Positions 57,937 to 58,589 of a DNA stretch of 58,589 nucleotides are shown here, piece after piece. The notes under the pieces were generated by a model that was not told the origin of the DNA, ran no database searches, and saw nothing but the letters and a program-made list of their open reading frames with translations. The translations under genes and the position numbers were made by a program. Every line of letters starts with the position of its first letter. Position 1 is the stretch's first letter. Source of the DNA: Candidatus Eiseniibacteriota bacterium (lineage in GTDB: Bacteria > Eisenbacteria > RBG-16-71-46 > JABDJR01 > JAWXBZ01); contig JAWXBZ010000011.1 in the NCBI GenBank assembly GCA_034440375.1, positions 1-58,589 on the forward strand, given 5' to 3'.

Positions 57937-58589
57937 TCGGGCGTCCCTCCGGCTCGATGCCGTGGCTGGTGTTTGGCGCGGCGGGGGCCGCCATGCTCGG
58001 AATCGTCCTTCTGCTTCCGGAAGGTCGTGAGCCACGACGGGAGCCGCTCGCCGAGCGGACGCCGGCCATGGCGGCGCGTGAGGCGGCGCATGAGGCGGCG
58101 CGTGAGGCGCCGGCATCGCAGGTCGGGATCGCCGCCCTGCCGATCGGGGGCCCGGAGCTGGTCGATTCGAGCAACACGCCGCCGGCCCTGCTGGCCTCTC
58201 TGGTTTTAACCGGCGCCGGCGACCCCATGGCCGATCAGGTGGACATCGACATCCCGGTTCCTTCGCCCCGGCCCGAGACGCCGGCCGTGGCGGAATCAAG
58301 AGTGAGCGAACCCGGGCCGCCGGCGCCACCGGACACAACAACGCCACCGCCGTCGGCTGGCCTCGGCAAATCGGATGTCGCGTCGGTTGATTCACCGGCA
58401 AAAGGGGAGAAATTGGCAGAGGCCGCGATGGCCCCGGAGCCGGATGCCGGCGGTGGCAATCGTCTGCTCATTCCGCCGGTCGTGCTGAAGGCGGCCTGGC
58501 TCGACTATCCACGCGAGGCGCGCAAGCGGAAGAGCGAGGGAGATGTCGAGGTGCGGATACTGGTTGACGATGCGGGTGGCGTCTCGGCG
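57933..58589 (+). CDS. tonB: Energy transducer TonB (partial, runs off the window)
   Basis: ATGA overlap; N-terminal TM (WLVFGAAGAAMLGIVLLL), Pro-rich spacer, then YPREARKRKSEGDVEVRILVDDAGGV. Absent from the ORF track because it has no stop in the window. Confidence 0.8.
   Translation, partial: MIGRPSGSMPWLVFGAAGAAMLGIVLLLPEGREPRREPLAERTPAMAAREAAHEAAREAPASQVGIAALPIGGPELVDSSNTPPALLASLVLTGAGDPMADQVDIDIPVPSPRPETPAVAESRVSEPGPPAPPDTTTPPPSAGLGKSDVASVDSPAKGEKLAEAAMAPEPDAGGGNRLLIPPVVLKAAWLDYPREARKRKSEGDVEVRILVDDAGGVSA
58070..58108 (+). repeat. 12-bp in-frame tandem repeat x3 in the TonB spacer
   Basis: GCGGCGC(G/A)TGAG x3 encodes AARE-AAHE-AARE. Confidence 0.7.

Overview
A GC-rich bacterial chromosomal segment. 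The gene content (lipoproteins, TonB, GWxTD protein, C25 peptidase with a T9SS/FlgD-type tail, yggS-divIVA-ileS2-lspA synteny) suggests a diderm of the FCB superphylum, most like Eisenbacteria/Krumholzibacteria/Latescibacteria; this placement is inference. From left to right: (1) an IS21-type terminus, a putative antitoxin and a truncated nucleotidyltransferase remnant; (2) a DUF3857-transglutaminase pair; (3) a sugar-phosphate/glycosylation operon built on an unusual YvcK/CofD-GT2 fusion, followed by a convergent membrane protein; (4) a housekeeping run from aquaporin through yggS, divIVA, DUF167, PNP, ileS, DksA-like, lspA, rluD, a STAS/RsbW pair, ruvX, mltG and DUF3098 to tRNA-Val; (5) a ~25-kb cell-surface region holding a dockerin-like secreted protein, four Cys-rich secreted paralogues that share an unnamed domain and a C-terminal TW(S/T)x(V/I)K tail, two AlkP lipoproteins, a TMTC-like glycosyltransferase, a split GT-C/TPR gene, an MFS/spermidine-synthase fusion, a parvulin lipoprotein, a UbiA prenyltransferase and a PorU-like C25 peptidase, with HU inside it; (6) clpB and a GAF-GGDEF cyclase; (7) a sigma54 promoter upstream of a small secreted protein, a TPR-GAF-AAA+ enhancer-binding protein, a GWxTD protein and TonB (cut by the window edge). 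The best candidates for undescribed biology are the TW-tail protein family with a possible sorting/anchoring machinery, the sigma54 TPR-EBP/secreted-peptide module, and the YvcK-GT2 operon. All family calls come from motif recognition by eye; no searches were run.
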